A stretch of DNA of 64,000 nucleotides from Paludibacteraceae bacterium (lineage in GTDB: Bacteria; Bacteroidota; Bacteroidia; Bacteroidales; Paludibacteraceae). Each line of letters starts with the position of its first letter. Positions within the stretch are counted from its first letter, which is position 1. Shown here piece by piece: positions 53,531-63,044 of the stretch. The stretch lies in contig JAFUEI010000024.1 in NCBI GenBank assembly GCA_017464025.1, positions 13,070-77,069 of the forward strand, written 5' to 3'. Below the pieces are notes generated by a model that had not been told where the DNA came from, did no database searches, and saw only the letters and a list, made by a program, of their open reading frames with translations. The translations under genes were made by a program, and so were the position numbers.

Positions 53531-54505
53531 ATGAGCCGCATGAGCGATATAATGCGCCGGCTGGGCAGCCGGATAGCCGCCTTTTGGCACGACCGTAGCA
53601 TAGGCACATTCTGCCTCTTTCTGCTGTTTGCCGCCATGCTGTGGCTCGGACATGCCATGAACGCCGTGCGCGAACGCACACTCACCATCGGCATCGAATT
53701 TGAAGGGGTACCCGAACGGGTGGCCTTTGAGAACGACCTCCCCCGCGAGTTCCGCGTCACCGTGCGCGACCAGGGCAAGCGCCTCCGTGCTTACCGTGAC
53801 GACGGGATAGCACCCGTGCAAATCGACCTCAGCCAGCAGCTGAAAGCAGAGACGGGAACGGTGCACATCTCTGCCGAACAGGTGCGCGGACAGATAACCG
53901 ACCGACTCCAAGGCACGGCCAAACTGCAGCGTATCATGCCCGACCAGATTACGGCCGACTACTACCGCCAGCAGAAGAAATCGCTGCCGGTCAGGCTTAC
54001 CGGCGAATGTGCGCCGGCACCGCAGTACCAGTTTGAAGTATTGCCCGCACTCATGCCGCACAGCGTCATCGTCTATGGTAAGCCCGAAGCGCTCGACACC
54101 TTGACCTTCCTTGCCACCGAACCCGTCCGTCTCAGCGAGGTGAAGGACACGCTCAACGTTTCTGTCCGTCTCGCACCGCCCGAAGGAGTGCGCCCCGCCG
54201 AGCAGATGGTTACGCTCACGGCCGTCGCCGAACCCTACACCGAGAAGCATTTCACCCTCCCCATAGCCACCCGCGGCGTTCCCGAAGGCACTACTCTCAG
54301 GGTCTTCCCTTCGCGCGTGGATGTTTATCTGCGCGTGGGCATCTCCCATTTCAACGAGGTGGACCAGCAAAGCGTGCAGGCCCTCTGCCACTATCCGCGC
54401 ACACAGGCCGTCACGCTGCCCGTTGAACTGAAATACACCACACCTTATATCACGGGTACACGCGTGACCCCGCAGGAGGTGGAGTTCGTCATTGAGAAAC
54501 AGTAA
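53531..54505 (+). CDS. YbbR-like domain protein
   Basis: 324 aa with an N-terminal TM segment and repeated beta-rich YbbR-like modules. It is in the usual position after yajC in Bacteroidetes. Confidence 0.65.
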   Translation: MSRMSDIMRRLGSRIAAFWHDRSIGTFCLFLLFAAMLWLGHAMNAVRERTLTIGIEFEGVPERVAFENDLPREFRVTVRDQGKRLRAYRDDGIAPVQIDLSQQLKAETGTVHISAEQVRGQITDRLQGTAKLQRIMPDQITADYYRQQKKSLPVRLTGECAPAPQYQFEVLPALMPHSVIVYGKPEALDTLTFLATEPVRLSEVKDTLNVSVRLAPPEGVRPAEQMVTLTAVAEPYTEKHFTLPIATRGVPEGTTLRVFPSRVDVYLRVGISHFNEVDQQSVQALCHYPRTQAVTLPVELKYTTPYITGTRVTPQEVEFVIEKQ

Positions 54506-54512
54506 AAAACGT

Positions 54513-55640
54513 ATGAGAAAAATACAAATGGTGGACCTGCAGGCGCAGTATCAGGCCATTAAGGCCGATGTCGATGCAGGCATTCAGGAGGTAATCAACA
54601 GCGCCGCTTTCATCAAAGGACCGAAGGTGGAGGCGTTCCGTCAGCATCTGGAGGAGCATCTGGGCGTGCGCCACGTCATTCCCGTAGGTAATGGCACCGA
54701 TGCGCTGCAGATTGCCCTCATGGCGCTCGGCCTCAAGCCGGGCGACGAAGTGATAACGCCTACCTTCACCTTCATCGCCACAGCCGAAGTGGTGGCCCTG
54801 CTGGGACTCACCCCCGTCGTGGTCGATGTGGACCGCGACACGATGAACATCTCCGTGGAGGCCGTGCGTCGCGCCATAACGCCACGCACGCGGGCCATCG
54901 TGCCGGTCCATCTGTTCGGACAATGCGCCGACATGGAGCCCCTCATGCAGCTTGCACGCGAACACCACCTCTATGTAGTGGAAGATGCCTGCCAGGCCAT
55001 TGATGCGCAATATACCTTCTCCGATGGCACCCGCTGCAAGGCAGGCTGCATCGGACATATCGGTTGCACCTCGTTCTTCCCCTCCAAGAATCTCGGCTGC
55101 TATGGCGATGGCGGTGCCATCTTCACCGACAACGACCGCTTGGCGGAAGAGATGCGCGCCATTGCCAACCACGGAATGGTCGTCCGCTACCACCACGACC
55201 GCGTCGGCGTCAACTCGCGTCTGGATGCTCTGCAGGCTGCCGTGCTCGATGCCAAACTGCCGCACCTGAACGAATATACGCGCCGCCGTCAGGAGGCGGC
55301 AGCAGCCTACAACGAAGGTTTTCGGGACAACCCCCGTCTGCTGACGCCTGTATGCATTCCGGCCTCCACGCACGTCTATCACCAATATACGCTCCGCGTC
55401 ACGGGTACCGACCGCGACCGGCTGCGCGACCAATTGGCCGAGCGTGGCATTCCCGCCATGATCTACTATCCCGTCCCCCTGCATCTGCAGAAGGCCTATC
55501 AGGACCCGCGCTACAAGGTGGGCGATTTCCCCGCCGCCGAATGGCTGGCTTCCTGCGTACTCTCACTTCCGATGCACACCGAACTCGACAACGAACAGCT
55601 TGACTATATCATCCGCAACGTCAACCTCCTGACCGCCTGA
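54513..55640 (+). CDS. DegT/DnrJ/EryC1/StrS family sugar aminotransferase
   Basis: MRKIQMVDLQAQY...FIKGPKVEAFRQHL...GNGTDALQIAL...SFFPSKNLGCYGDGG. Confidence 0.9.
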   Translation: MRKIQMVDLQAQYQAIKADVDAGIQEVINSAAFIKGPKVEAFRQHLEEHLGVRHVIPVGNGTDALQIALMALGLKPGDEVITPTFTFIATAEVVALLGLTPVVVDVDRDTMNISVEAVRRAITPRTRAIVPVHLFGQCADMEPLMQLAREHHLYVVEDACQAIDAQYTFSDGTRCKAGCIGHIGCTSFFPSKNLGCYGDGGAIFTDNDRLAEEMRAIANHGMVVRYHHDRVGVNSRLDALQAAVLDAKLPHLNEYTRRRQEAAAAYNEGFRDNPRLLTPVCIPASTHVYHQYTLRVTGTDRDRLRDQLAERGIPAMIYYPVPLHLQKAYQDPRYKVGDFPAAEWLASCVLSLPMHTELDNEQLDYIIRNVNLLTA

Positions 55641-55687
55641 TTCCACAGTTCAACAATTCACCAATTCATCAGTTCCACAGTTCCCCC
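55641..55687 (+). repeat. G-poor CA-rich spacer (TTCCACAGTTCAACAATTCACCAATTCATCAGTTCCACAGTTCCCCC)
   Basis: Same unit family as 22179-22233. It lies directly upstream of the rpoN ATG. Confidence 0.8.
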
Positions 55688-57148
55688 ATGTCCTCTACCG
55701 CCCTCACACAAGAAGCCACCCTCCGCCAGCGTACCACGCTCACGCCGCTGCAGATTCAAGAAATACGCATTCTCGAGTACCCCACCCTTGAGCTGGAGCA
55801 GCGTATCGAACGCGAAGTGGAGGAGAATCCCGGCTTGGAGGTGGGAGAAGAAGAGCAGGAGCGCACAGCCGAAGAAGAGGAGTACGACAACACCGAAGAC
55901 GCCCTCCAGAACGACGACTTCAATCTGGACGACTACATCTCCGACGACGATGTGCCCGACTACCGCCTGCGTGCCAACAACACTTCACCCGACGACCGGC
56001 AGGACGACATCCCCTTCTCCGTCGGCCAGTCCTTTCAGGAACAACTGCTCTCGCAACTGGGTATGCTCAAGCTCACGCCCGAACAGCTGCGCGTGGCGCA
56101 ATACGTCATCGGCAATATCGACGAGGACGGCTATCTGCGACGCGAACCCGAACAACTCGTTGACGACCTTGCTTTCCGCGTTGGCGTGAACATCTCCGAC
56201 GAAGAGATGCTCCGCATCATCCGGCTCATACAGACCACCTTCGACCCCGCCGGCGTTTGCGCCCGCGACTTGCAGGAGTGTCTGCTCCTCCAGCTCCGCC
56301 GCAAACAGCAGACCCCGGCCGTCGTGCTGGCCGAAGACATTCTCGAGAGACGCTACAAGGAATTCACGGCACACCATTACAACCGCATCATCGAGCGCTT
56401 CCAGATCAGCGAAGACCAATTGCGCGAAGCCATCGCCGAGATACAGCGCCTCAATCCCAAGCCCGGCAATACCTATTCGGGCGATGTGTATGGCAATACC
56501 ACCGTCATTCCCGACTTCATCATCGAAGTGGAAGAAGGACAAATCAGCATCGCTCTCAACAACGGCAACATACCCGAACTCCGCGTCAATCAGGAGTTCA
56601 ACCGGATGCTCCAGACCTATCAGGCGCAACCCACCCACACCAAGCAGGAGAAGGACACCATCTCTTTCATCAAAGACCGCATCGACTCCGCCCGCTGGTT
56701 CATCGATGCCATCCGCCAGCGCAACGAAACGCTGCTCCGCACCATGCGCACCATCGTCGCCATCCAGCGCGACTACTTCCTCGAAGGCGACGAGGCTCTG
56801 CTCAAACCCATGATTCTCAAAGACGTGGCCGACCGCACGGGCTACGATGTGAGCACCATCTCGCGGGTCAGCAACTCCAAATACGCACAAACGCCCTACG
56901 GCATCCTGCCGCTCAAGTTCTTCTTCTCCGAGTCGATGCTCAGTGATGAGGGGGAGGAAGTGGCCACACGCGCCATCAAAAATGCACTCAAAGAAATTAT
57001 CGATGCCGAAGACAAGCAGCACCCGCTCAACGATGACGTGCTTGTCGAGCGGCTGGCCCGACGCGGATTCCCCATTGCACGGCGCACCGTAGCCAAATAC
57101 CGCATGCAGCTCGGCATACCCGTTGCACGCCTGCGCAAAAAATTGTAG
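55688..57148 (+). CDS. rpoN: RNA polymerase sigma-54 factor
   Basis: 486 aa with a Gln/acidic N-terminus, a core-binding region and the RpoN box ARRTVAKYR near the C-terminus. Confidence 0.95.
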   Translation: MSSTALTQEATLRQRTTLTPLQIQEIRILEYPTLELEQRIEREVEENPGLEVGEEEQERTAEEEEYDNTEDALQNDDFNLDDYISDDDVPDYRLRANNTSPDDRQDDIPFSVGQSFQEQLLSQLGMLKLTPEQLRVAQYVIGNIDEDGYLRREPEQLVDDLAFRVGVNISDEEMLRIIRLIQTTFDPAGVCARDLQECLLLQLRRKQQTPAVVLAEDILERRYKEFTAHHYNRIIERFQISEDQLREAIAEIQRLNPKPGNTYSGDVYGNTTVIPDFIIEVEEGQISIALNNGNIPELRVNQEFNRMLQTYQAQPTHTKQEKDTISFIKDRIDSARWFIDAIRQRNETLLRTMRTIVAIQRDYFLEGDEALLKPMILKDVADRTGYDVSTISRVSNSKYAQTPYGILPLKFFFSESMLSDEGEEVATRAIKNALKEIIDAEDKQHPLNDDVLVERLARRGFPIARRTVAKYRMQLGIPVARLRKKL

Positions 57149-57173
57149 CCGTTCCCCGTCGCACGCCACCACA

Positions 57174-57812
57174 ATGAGCCGCCTTTCCTTCCATAAACTG
57201 ACCGCCGTTTCGGCGCAGTTGCTTTCCGCTGTCTGCTACCCGATGCTGATGCCCGTATGGGCTATGCTGTTGCTGTGTGCGGCTGTCAGCCGCTATGCGG
57301 CCCCCTTGCCTGCTGCCTATACGGCCTTTGTCATCGGCGGCACGGCGCTGTTCTGCTTCCTTGTCCCGCTCCTCGTTGTGCTGCTGCTCATCCGTCAAGG
57401 AGTCGTGACCGACCTCTATATCAACAATAGCCGCGAGCGTACCCTCCCCTATGTGTACAGTCTGGTCTCTATGCTCGTATGGGTCTTCTTCCTTTGGCAG
57501 GTGGTCAAGATGCCGGCCGTGGTTACGCTCATGGCGCTGGCCGGAACGATGGTACTCGCACTCGTGGCACTCATCAACCGCTGGTGGAAGATATCCGTCC
57601 ATCTGGCGGCCTTCGGCGGTCTCACGGGGGCGGTATGCGGCTACTGCTGGCACGCCTCCCTCAACCCGACGCTGCTCATCTCCCTGTTTTTTATCGGGGC
57701 TCTGCTGCTCATGCTGGCGCGCCTGCGCTTGAACGCCCATACCCCGTTGCAGCTCGTCTGCGGCTACCTGCTCGGACTCTGTCTCACCTTCCTTCCCGCC
57801 CTCTTCTGCTGA
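57174..57812 (+). CDS. PAP2-superfamily membrane phosphatase (candidate lipid phosphatase)
   Basis: 212 aa with 5-6 TM segments. The PAP2 C2/C3-like motifs KISVHLAAFGG and AHTPLQLVCGYLLG are present. Confidence 0.6.
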   Translation: MSRLSFHKLTAVSAQLLSAVCYPMLMPVWAMLLLCAAVSRYAAPLPAAYTAFVIGGTALFCFLVPLLVVLLLIRQGVVTDLYINNSRERTLPYVYSLVSMLVWVFFLWQVVKMPAVVTLMALAGTMVLALVALINRWWKISVHLAAFGGLTGAVCGYCWHASLNPTLLISLFFIGALLLMLARLRLNAHTPLQLVCGYLLGLCLTFLPALFC

Positions 57813-57843
57813 CAGCCCCCTTGCGTGAATCAGCAAAAAAGCG

Positions 57844-57851
57844 TATCTTTG
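57844..57851 (+). promoter_or_regulatory. -7 box TATCTTTG heading a non-coding region
   Basis: TATCTTTGCCAGCG lies 32 nt after the PAP2 stop. No ORF starts within the next 350 nt or so. Confidence 0.45.
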
Positions 57852-57966
57852 CCAGCGCTATCATACATATATCCATTTTCTCAAACATCCTTTTGCCTAT
57901 GAACCACCACGTGCTGTAAAGGCAGCACACACACATACATACTTAAAAGCGTTACGCTTCAATACT

Positions 57967-58102
57967 TGGTCTCTACAAAAACCGGACACTTTTGTTAGAA
58001 ACTATTACACCGAGGAAAAAGCAGTGATGCTCACGCTTTAGCGTGGGCTTTTTCCGTAAATATCAGGTGTAATAAGGTAGTCCGGTAAATCCTCAGAGAC
58101 CA
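57967..58102 (+). ncRNA. Candidate structured RNA (five nested helices); identity unknown. Could be an sRNA or a cis-leader of the downstream glycan-modification operon
   Basis: P1 TGGTCTCT/AGAGACCA (57967-74/58095-102). P2 ACCGGAC/GTCCGGT (57981-87/58080-86). P3 ATTACACC/GGTGTAAT (58004-11/58066-73). P4 GGAAAAAGC/GCTTTTTCC (58014-22/58047-55). P5 TCACGC/GCGTGG with loop TTTA (58031-46). The G-U pair favours the + strand. Extra hairpins lie at 57911-28 and 57947-59. Confidence 0.4.
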
Positions 58103-58209
58103 GATATTAAGCAAACGAAAAGTCTGCGCTTTTTTGTGTATGTATATAGCTGAAACAAACGCTTATACTCCCAAACTCTTCACTCCTGTACTCCCTGACT
58201 CCTTCGCCT

Positions 58210-59151
58210 ATGTGTTCCATGGAAAATATAATGATATCCGTTGTTTCTCCCGTCTATCGCGGAGAAAAGATGCTAAAGGAATTGGTGCGCCGCAACGTCG
58301 AAGCACTATCAACTGTCACGCCTGACTACGAAATCATCCTCGTCAACGATGCCTCACCCGACAACTCTTGGGCGGCTATCGAACTGGAGTGCGCCAAGAA
58401 CCCGCGTGTCAAAGGTCTCAACCTCTCCCGCAATTTCGGTCAGCACTATGCCATCACTGCCGGTCTTAGTTATGCCTCCGGCGAATGGGTGGTAGTCATG
58501 GACTGCGACCTGCAAGACCGTCCGGAGGAGATTCCGAATCTCTACGCCAAAGCCCAAGAGGGATATGATTCCGTATTGGCGCAACGTATTCAGCGTTCGC
58601 ACGGATGGTTCAAACGCATGGGCTCCAAATGCTTCTACAACGTATTCTCCTACCTGACAGAAACCCGGCAGGACGCATCTGTAGCCAATTTCGGCATATA
58701 CAACCGCAAAGTCATTGATGCAGTGCTATCTATGGGTGACGCGATGCGCTATTTCCCGACACAAATTCAATGGGTCGGTTTCCGCAAGGCCTATCTCCCC
58801 ATTCAGCATGACGAGCGGGCCGAAGGCAAATCAACCTATAATATCAGCCGCCTTTTCCATCTCGCTTTCGACACCATTATTTCCTTCTCCGACAAGCCGA
58901 TGCGTCTCATGGTACAGATGGGGCTGGCCGTAACACTTGTTTCATTTGTCGTTGGCATCGTCTTCATCATCCGTTACTGCCTGGGGCTCATCGAAGTGAT
59001 GGGATTTGCCAGCCTGATTATTTCCCTTTGGTTGCTTGGCGGAATCATCATTTCGCTCATCGGTGTCGTGGGCATCTATCTCGGCAAACTCTTTGAGAAA
59101 GCCAAAGAACGCCCGACCTTTATTGTAAACGATAAATGCAATATAGACTGA
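58210..59151 (+). CDS. GT2 polyprenyl-phosphate glycosyltransferase (GtrB/ArnC-like)
   Basis: ISVVSPVYRGE...EIILVNDASPDNS...NLSRNFGQHYAITAGL...VVMDCDLQDRPEEIP, plus two C-terminal TM helices. Alternative starts are at 58219 and 58231. Confidence 0.88.
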   Translation: MCSMENIMISVVSPVYRGEKMLKELVRRNVEALSTVTPDYEIILVNDASPDNSWAAIELECAKNPRVKGLNLSRNFGQHYAITAGLSYASGEWVVVMDCDLQDRPEEIPNLYAKAQEGYDSVLAQRIQRSHGWFKRMGSKCFYNVFSYLTETRQDASVANFGIYNRKVIDAVLSMGDAMRYFPTQIQWVGFRKAYLPIQHDERAEGKSTYNISRLFHLAFDTIISFSDKPMRLMVQMGLAVTLVSFVVGIVFIIRYCLGLIEVMGFASLIISLWLLGGIIISLIGVVGIYLGKLFEKAKERPTFIVNDKCNID

Positions 59152-59846
59152 TGGATATTCGCTCATTACAATGGGATTCAGACTTCTTCGGCTTGCGTAT
59201 CGGTCGTGCAGACTTGCAGACAAAAGCAGATGCACTTGATTTGCGCGCGATACATGAGGAGTTGGAACAGCAATACAATCTGCTGTATATCTTTGACGCC
59301 CATGCAGTAGGATTTGAGGCGGATGGAGCCCAACTGGTGGATGAAAAAATCCTGTATAGCAAGCCATGCGAACCGCGCAAAAAATACGAAGCCGTATCCT
59401 TCTATCAAGGTGCAAGTCCATCCGATGACTTGTATCGTTTGGCTTTGGTCAGTGGTGGTTACTCTCGCTTTAAGTTAGACAAGCGACTTCCCAAAGGCAG
59501 TTATCAACGGCTATACAACCGTTGGATAGAAAATGCATGTCCTAAAGAAGGAACCAATAAACAGATCTTGCTTTTCAAAGATGAGCAGAATGTAGCTCGC
59601 GGAATGATAACTATTGATTATCAGGACGAGTTAGGGCACATCGGTTTAGTTGCCGTAGATACAGATGTGCAACACCAAGGAATTGGCGGCAAGATTATGT
59701 CCACCTTGGATGGCTACCTATTTCATCAAGGCGTGAAAACCCTCGAAGTCCCGACACAAAAAGCCAATACCGATGCCTGCCGTTGGTACGAAAAGAACGG
59801 CTTTACCATACAATCTGTCACTCCCATTTATCATTGGTGGCTATAA
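59151..59846 (+). CDS. GNAT acetyltransferase resembling dTDP-4-amino-4,6-dideoxy-sugar N-acetyltransferase (WecD-like)
   Basis: MDIRSLQWDSDFFGLRIGRADL is the N-terminal signature shared with WecD. The GNAT core is GLVAVDTDVQHQGIGGKIM...NTDACRWYEKNGF. It has a TGATG overlap with the GT2 gene. Confidence 0.7.
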   Translation: MDIRSLQWDSDFFGLRIGRADLQTKADALDLRAIHEELEQQYNLLYIFDAHAVGFEADGAQLVDEKILYSKPCEPRKKYEAVSFYQGASPSDDLYRLALVSGGYSRFKLDKRLPKGSYQRLYNRWIENACPKEGTNKQILLFKDEQNVARGMITIDYQDELGHIGLVAVDTDVQHQGIGGKIMSTLDGYLFHQGVKTLEVPTQKANTDACRWYEKNGFTIQSVTPIYHWWL

Positions 59847-59863
59847 TAATATTATTAAGGATT

Positions 59864-61039
59864 ATGATTGAAAGAATACGAAGAATATTGAAAGGGAACA
59901 TTGATGCGATATGTGTCTTTGTGTTTATGCTGTGTGTATTCTCTTATATTATGTTTGTAATTAAAGAAGAAAGTGATTTAATGGCACACGCGGCTATCGC
60001 GAAAGAAATGTTAGAGGAGCATAGATTATTTACGACAAACTTTTTGATGTATTTCTTAGTCAATCTATTGACACTTTTTAGCGGAGCTGATGATATGATG
60101 AGAATTGTTCTCGTTCTACTCATATCATTGGCAAACACAGCAAAATACATTCTTGTACGAGAAGCATTTAGCGAGTGGACTTCTGTTAGGACAGCAAAAT
60201 GGGCTTCAATAGCAATGCTCTTTGTGTATGTTATACCACTAATGTATTTCTTAAAGCCATTAGGAATTTTCCTATCTGCTGATAATATGTATACTGGATA
60301 TTATGTCCCTAATGTTTGGCATAATTCCACCATACTATGCATGATGCCCTTTGCTATTACTTGTTATTTGCTCTCAGTTAAGCAATTCTCAGAATATTCG
60401 GTAAAACGGAACTGGCTTATTATGATACTATTGTCGTTAAGTGTTCTCATAAAGCCAAGTTTCTTCTTTGTGTATGTGTTTGCATTCCCGATTATTATGT
60501 TGAATAAGTATGGCTTACACAAAGAATTTTTCCACTCTTTACTACCGCTATTTGTGGGTGGAGTTTGTCTCGCGTTTGAATACGTGACCATTTATTATAA
60601 CGGCGGAAATGACAATAGTAGCGTAGTCATTGACATAGTTCAGTTGTTCACTTCCGGTTTTTGGAAATCGCATATCTTATATTTAACGGTTTCTCTTTCT
60701 CTACCAATATTATTCCTTTGTTTGTATGGTCGCACTATCGTTCAAGACCGAGAGTTTTGGTTTGTTCTAATAATGATTATATGCGGATTAGGAATGATGT
60801 GGTGTTTTAAGGAAACAGGACCACGCGCAACACATGGAAACTTTAATTGGCAAGCTATAGCGGCTATGTGGTTTGTCTATTTTTACATTCTTAAAACCGT
60901 CATAACAGGCGGCGAAGAATCAGTGTCTGCTGATAGGGGGGGGTATTCGCGATTTGCTATACTCCTCGCCTTTGGATTGCATGTTTTAATGGGCGTTGTA
61001 TATTTAGGTAAATTCATCATTACACACAATTTCGGATAG
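59864..61039 (+). CDS. Polytopic membrane protein, putative GT-C-type glycosyltransferase/polymerase
   Basis: 391 aa with more than 10 predicted TM helices, in an AT-rich segment. It lies between the GNAT gene and the SMR-like flippase gene. The function is inferred from context only. Confidence 0.6.
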   Translation: MIERIRRILKGNIDAICVFVFMLCVFSYIMFVIKEESDLMAHAAIAKEMLEEHRLFTTNFLMYFLVNLLTLFSGADDMMRIVLVLLISLANTAKYILVREAFSEWTSVRTAKWASIAMLFVYVIPLMYFLKPLGIFLSADNMYTGYYVPNVWHNSTILCMMPFAITCYLLSVKQFSEYSVKRNWLIMILLSLSVLIKPSFFFVYVFAFPIIMLNKYGLHKEFFHSLLPLFVGGVCLAFEYVTIYYNGGNDNSSVVIDIVQLFTSGFWKSHILYLTVSLSLPILFLCLYGRTIVQDREFWFVLIMIICGLGMMWCFKETGPRATHGNFNWQAIAAMWFVYFYILKTVITGGEESVSADRGGYSRFAILLAFGLHVLMGVVYLGKFIITHNFG

Positions 61040-61045
61040 GGAGAA

Positions 61046-61381
61046 ATGACAAGATTAGCAACATATAGTATCTTAGTTGGCATCAATCTCTTGTATGCAT
61101 GCGTGACGCTGTTTACCAAATACGCCTCGCAGCAGGAGTTTATGTCGCTTGCTTATTGCCTCGGCTTAGCGGGTGCGATAGTTGTTATGGAAGTTTATGC
61201 CATAGGTTGGCAGCAGATACTGAAACGTGTTGAACTCAGTACAGCGTATATGTTCAAAGGCACAAGTCTCATCTTTATCATGTTGCTGGCATGGATGCTT
61301 TTCGGCGAACGGATTACGCTCAACAACATACTCGGTGCCTGTATAATAATAACCGGCATCGCGCTCTATGCAAAAGAATAA
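61046..61381 (+). CDS. SMR/EamA-like 4-TM protein (ArnE/ArnF-like flippase subunit)
   Basis: 111 aa with 4 TM segments. It shares size and architecture with E. coli ArnE/F (…AYMFKGTSLIFIMLLAWMLFGERITLNNILGACIIITGI). Confidence 0.65.
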   Translation: MTRLATYSILVGINLLYACVTLFTKYASQQEFMSLAYCLGLAGAIVVMEVYAIGWQQILKRVELSTAYMFKGTSLIFIMLLAWMLFGERITLNNILGACIIITGIALYAKE

Positions 61382-61446
61382 ACATCGCCGGATAAAACGG
61401 CAAAAAGAGATCTTTGAAATATTTTGATAAAATGCAATAAATGCTG

Positions 61447-61494
61447 ACTTCTTTGCCAAATCTATCATTTGCTACGTAGATTCGGCAAAGAAGT
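61447..61494. terminator. 17-bp inverted repeat (one mismatch) between convergent genes; left boundary hairpin of the ATPase cassette
   Basis: ACTTCTTTGCCAAATCT (61447-63) and AGATTCGGCAAAGAAGT (61478-94). Confidence 0.5.
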
Positions 61495-61502
61495 ATGGTT
61501 TG

Positions 61503-62921
61503 TCATACAAACAAATCGTCCATTGTTAGTTGGTTCGGAATGTCATTTGCATACGCATTTCGCACCAACCCAAAGGATGTGATCATGACGATTCGAACAC
61601 CCTTACGAGTCTTTGTGGCATACTCAAAAACACTCATCTTATGCCGTAACTCCGCGTCATACTCTTTCGTAAGCAGAAAAGGTTTGGAAGAAAACTTGAT
61701 CTCGCAAAGGTTGATAATTTGATCACTCCTGTCTATCAGCATATCAATTTGTGCTCCTTCTGGAAAATCTTCTGTTGGACGGAATGACCATGAGTATATA
61801 TTGCATGCTATTCCGGAAATGCCGAGAGCAATCAAAATCTGCCGTTCATGCTGCATACAGACCCGTTCAAAAGCTAACCCGCTCCATGCACGATAGGACG
61901 GAGAAGTGGCTATTGTTTGCCATTGGATGCGGTTAGCTTTATTGGTATCTGCCATAAACTTGAAATAGAATAGCGTAAAATTGTCAATTAACTGAAAAAG
62001 TGTATCTTTCTTGCGTTTGCCAATAGCAGCGTAAGAACGAATAAAATCGCATTGCTCCAATTCTTCCAGAATTTGAGACAGCCTTCCGCCTTGTTTGGTC
62101 CCTAATGAATGAATGATTTCTTCACGTGTCATTCCGGCTTTTTTCTTCCCCAAAGCTGTAACTACATCAATGTACGGCTGCGGAGAACGGAAAAGTGATG
62201 CATACAAGGCATTGAACTCATCGTTGAGCTCTGCATTCGGTTGAAAAAATAATTGGTCAATGTTCTGCATCCATGAGTTACTGGCATTTAGAAGTCGCCA
62301 ATAGAAAGGAATACCGCCTAAAATCATATAGGTTTCTAATATGCTTTGTCGGTTCATTCCCAGTTGTCGTGCCTTTGCATACATCTCGCACTCATGCAAG
62401 GTAAATGGTCGGAGATAAATCTGTGCGGTTAGCCGGTTATGCAGTCCTCCGTGGTTTTTGACGATTTTGCTGATGATCCATGAAGTGGCACTACCGCAAA
62501 CAATGAGCACAACATCATTTCGCATATTTGCCCAACCATTCCAGAAATGATCTAATGCGCTCACGAAATGGCTGCCTACTGTGTCCATCCACGGCAATTC
62601 GTCAATAAACACGATTTTCTTTCCTGCCGGTAATGCTGCTAAATGCTGTCCTAAATAAAAGAAAGCGTCTGACCAACTATGCAGCTTGGGAATCACGTTC
62701 ATCCCACTTCGTATGAGCGAAAGACGAAACTCCGCTAACTGCTCAGTTTTAGTGCCATCTTTTAAACCGGTATGCTCAAATGCAAACTTTCCTTCGAAGG
62801 TTTGCCTGACAAGGTACGTTTTGCCGACACGTCTGCGACCATAGATAGCAACAAACTCAGACTCGTCGCTATTTAACAATGATAGCAAACGTTTTTGTTC
62901 ATTCTCTCGTCCTAATAGCAT
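61503..62921 (-). CDS. AAA-type ATPase (Arch_ATPase-like) with DUF234 / PD-(D/E)xK-like C-terminal domain
   Basis: MLLGRENEQKRLL..., Walker A GRRRVGKT and Walker B IVFIDELP. The C-terminal GAQIDMLIDRSDQIINLCEIKF is nuclease-like. The start at 62921 is chosen; the ORF track start at 63026 runs through the upstream hairpin. Confidence 0.85.
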   Translation of the reverse strand: MLLGRENEQKRLLSLLNSDESEFVAIYGRRRVGKTYLVRQTFEGKFAFEHTGLKDGTKTEQLAEFRLSLIRSGMNVIPKLHSWSDAFFYLGQHLAALPAGKKIVFIDELPWMDTVGSHFVSALDHFWNGWANMRNDVVLIVCGSATSWIISKIVKNHGGLHNRLTAQIYLRPFTLHECEMYAKARQLGMNRQSILETYMILGGIPFYWRLLNASNSWMQNIDQLFFQPNAELNDEFNALYASLFRSPQPYIDVVTALGKKKAGMTREEIIHSLGTKQGGRLSQILEELEQCDFIRSYAAIGKRKKDTLFQLIDNFTLFYFKFMADTNKANRIQWQTIATSPSYRAWSGLAFERVCMQHERQILIALGISGIACNIYSWSFRPTEDFPEGAQIDMLIDRSDQIINLCEIKFSSKPFLLTKEYDAELRHKMSVFEYATKTRKGVRIVMITSFGLVRNAYANDIPNQLTMDDLFV

Positions 62922-62956
62922 AGTAGTATTTTTTTGATGGTTGACGAAAAACGCTG

Positions 62957-62964
62957 CAAAGGAA
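62957..62964 (-). promoter_or_regulatory. Weak -7-like box (minus strand TTCCTTTGCAGCG) for the ATPase gene
   Basis: Plus-strand CAAAGGAA at 62957-62964. It deviates from TAnnTTTG at position 2. Confidence 0.3.
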
Positions 62965-63000
62965 CAACTTTTTTGCCAAATGTACAAATAAAAAGCAAGA

Positions 63001-63044
63001 TTTGGCAAAGAAAATGGCATTTTCATGTACTTTCTTTGCCAAAT
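63001..63044. repeat. 14-bp perfect inverted repeat with the same arm sequence as the 61447-61494 hairpin
   Basis: ATTTGGCAAAGAAA (63001-14) and TTTCTTTGCCAAAT (63031-44). An extra half-site TTTTTTGCCAAATGT lies at 62970-62984. Confidence 0.9.

Noticed and set aside
57967-58102. Assigning the structured RNA to a known class (SRP/4.5S, RNase P, tmRNA, 6S, tRNA)
   Set aside because: I could not find the SRP domain IV motif (GGAA tetraloop with AGCA symmetric loop), the RNase P GGAAAGUCCGG core, a tmRNA tag ORF with acceptor ends, or a cloverleaf. A 6S-like fold cannot be confirmed without a covariance-model search, so the class is left unknown.
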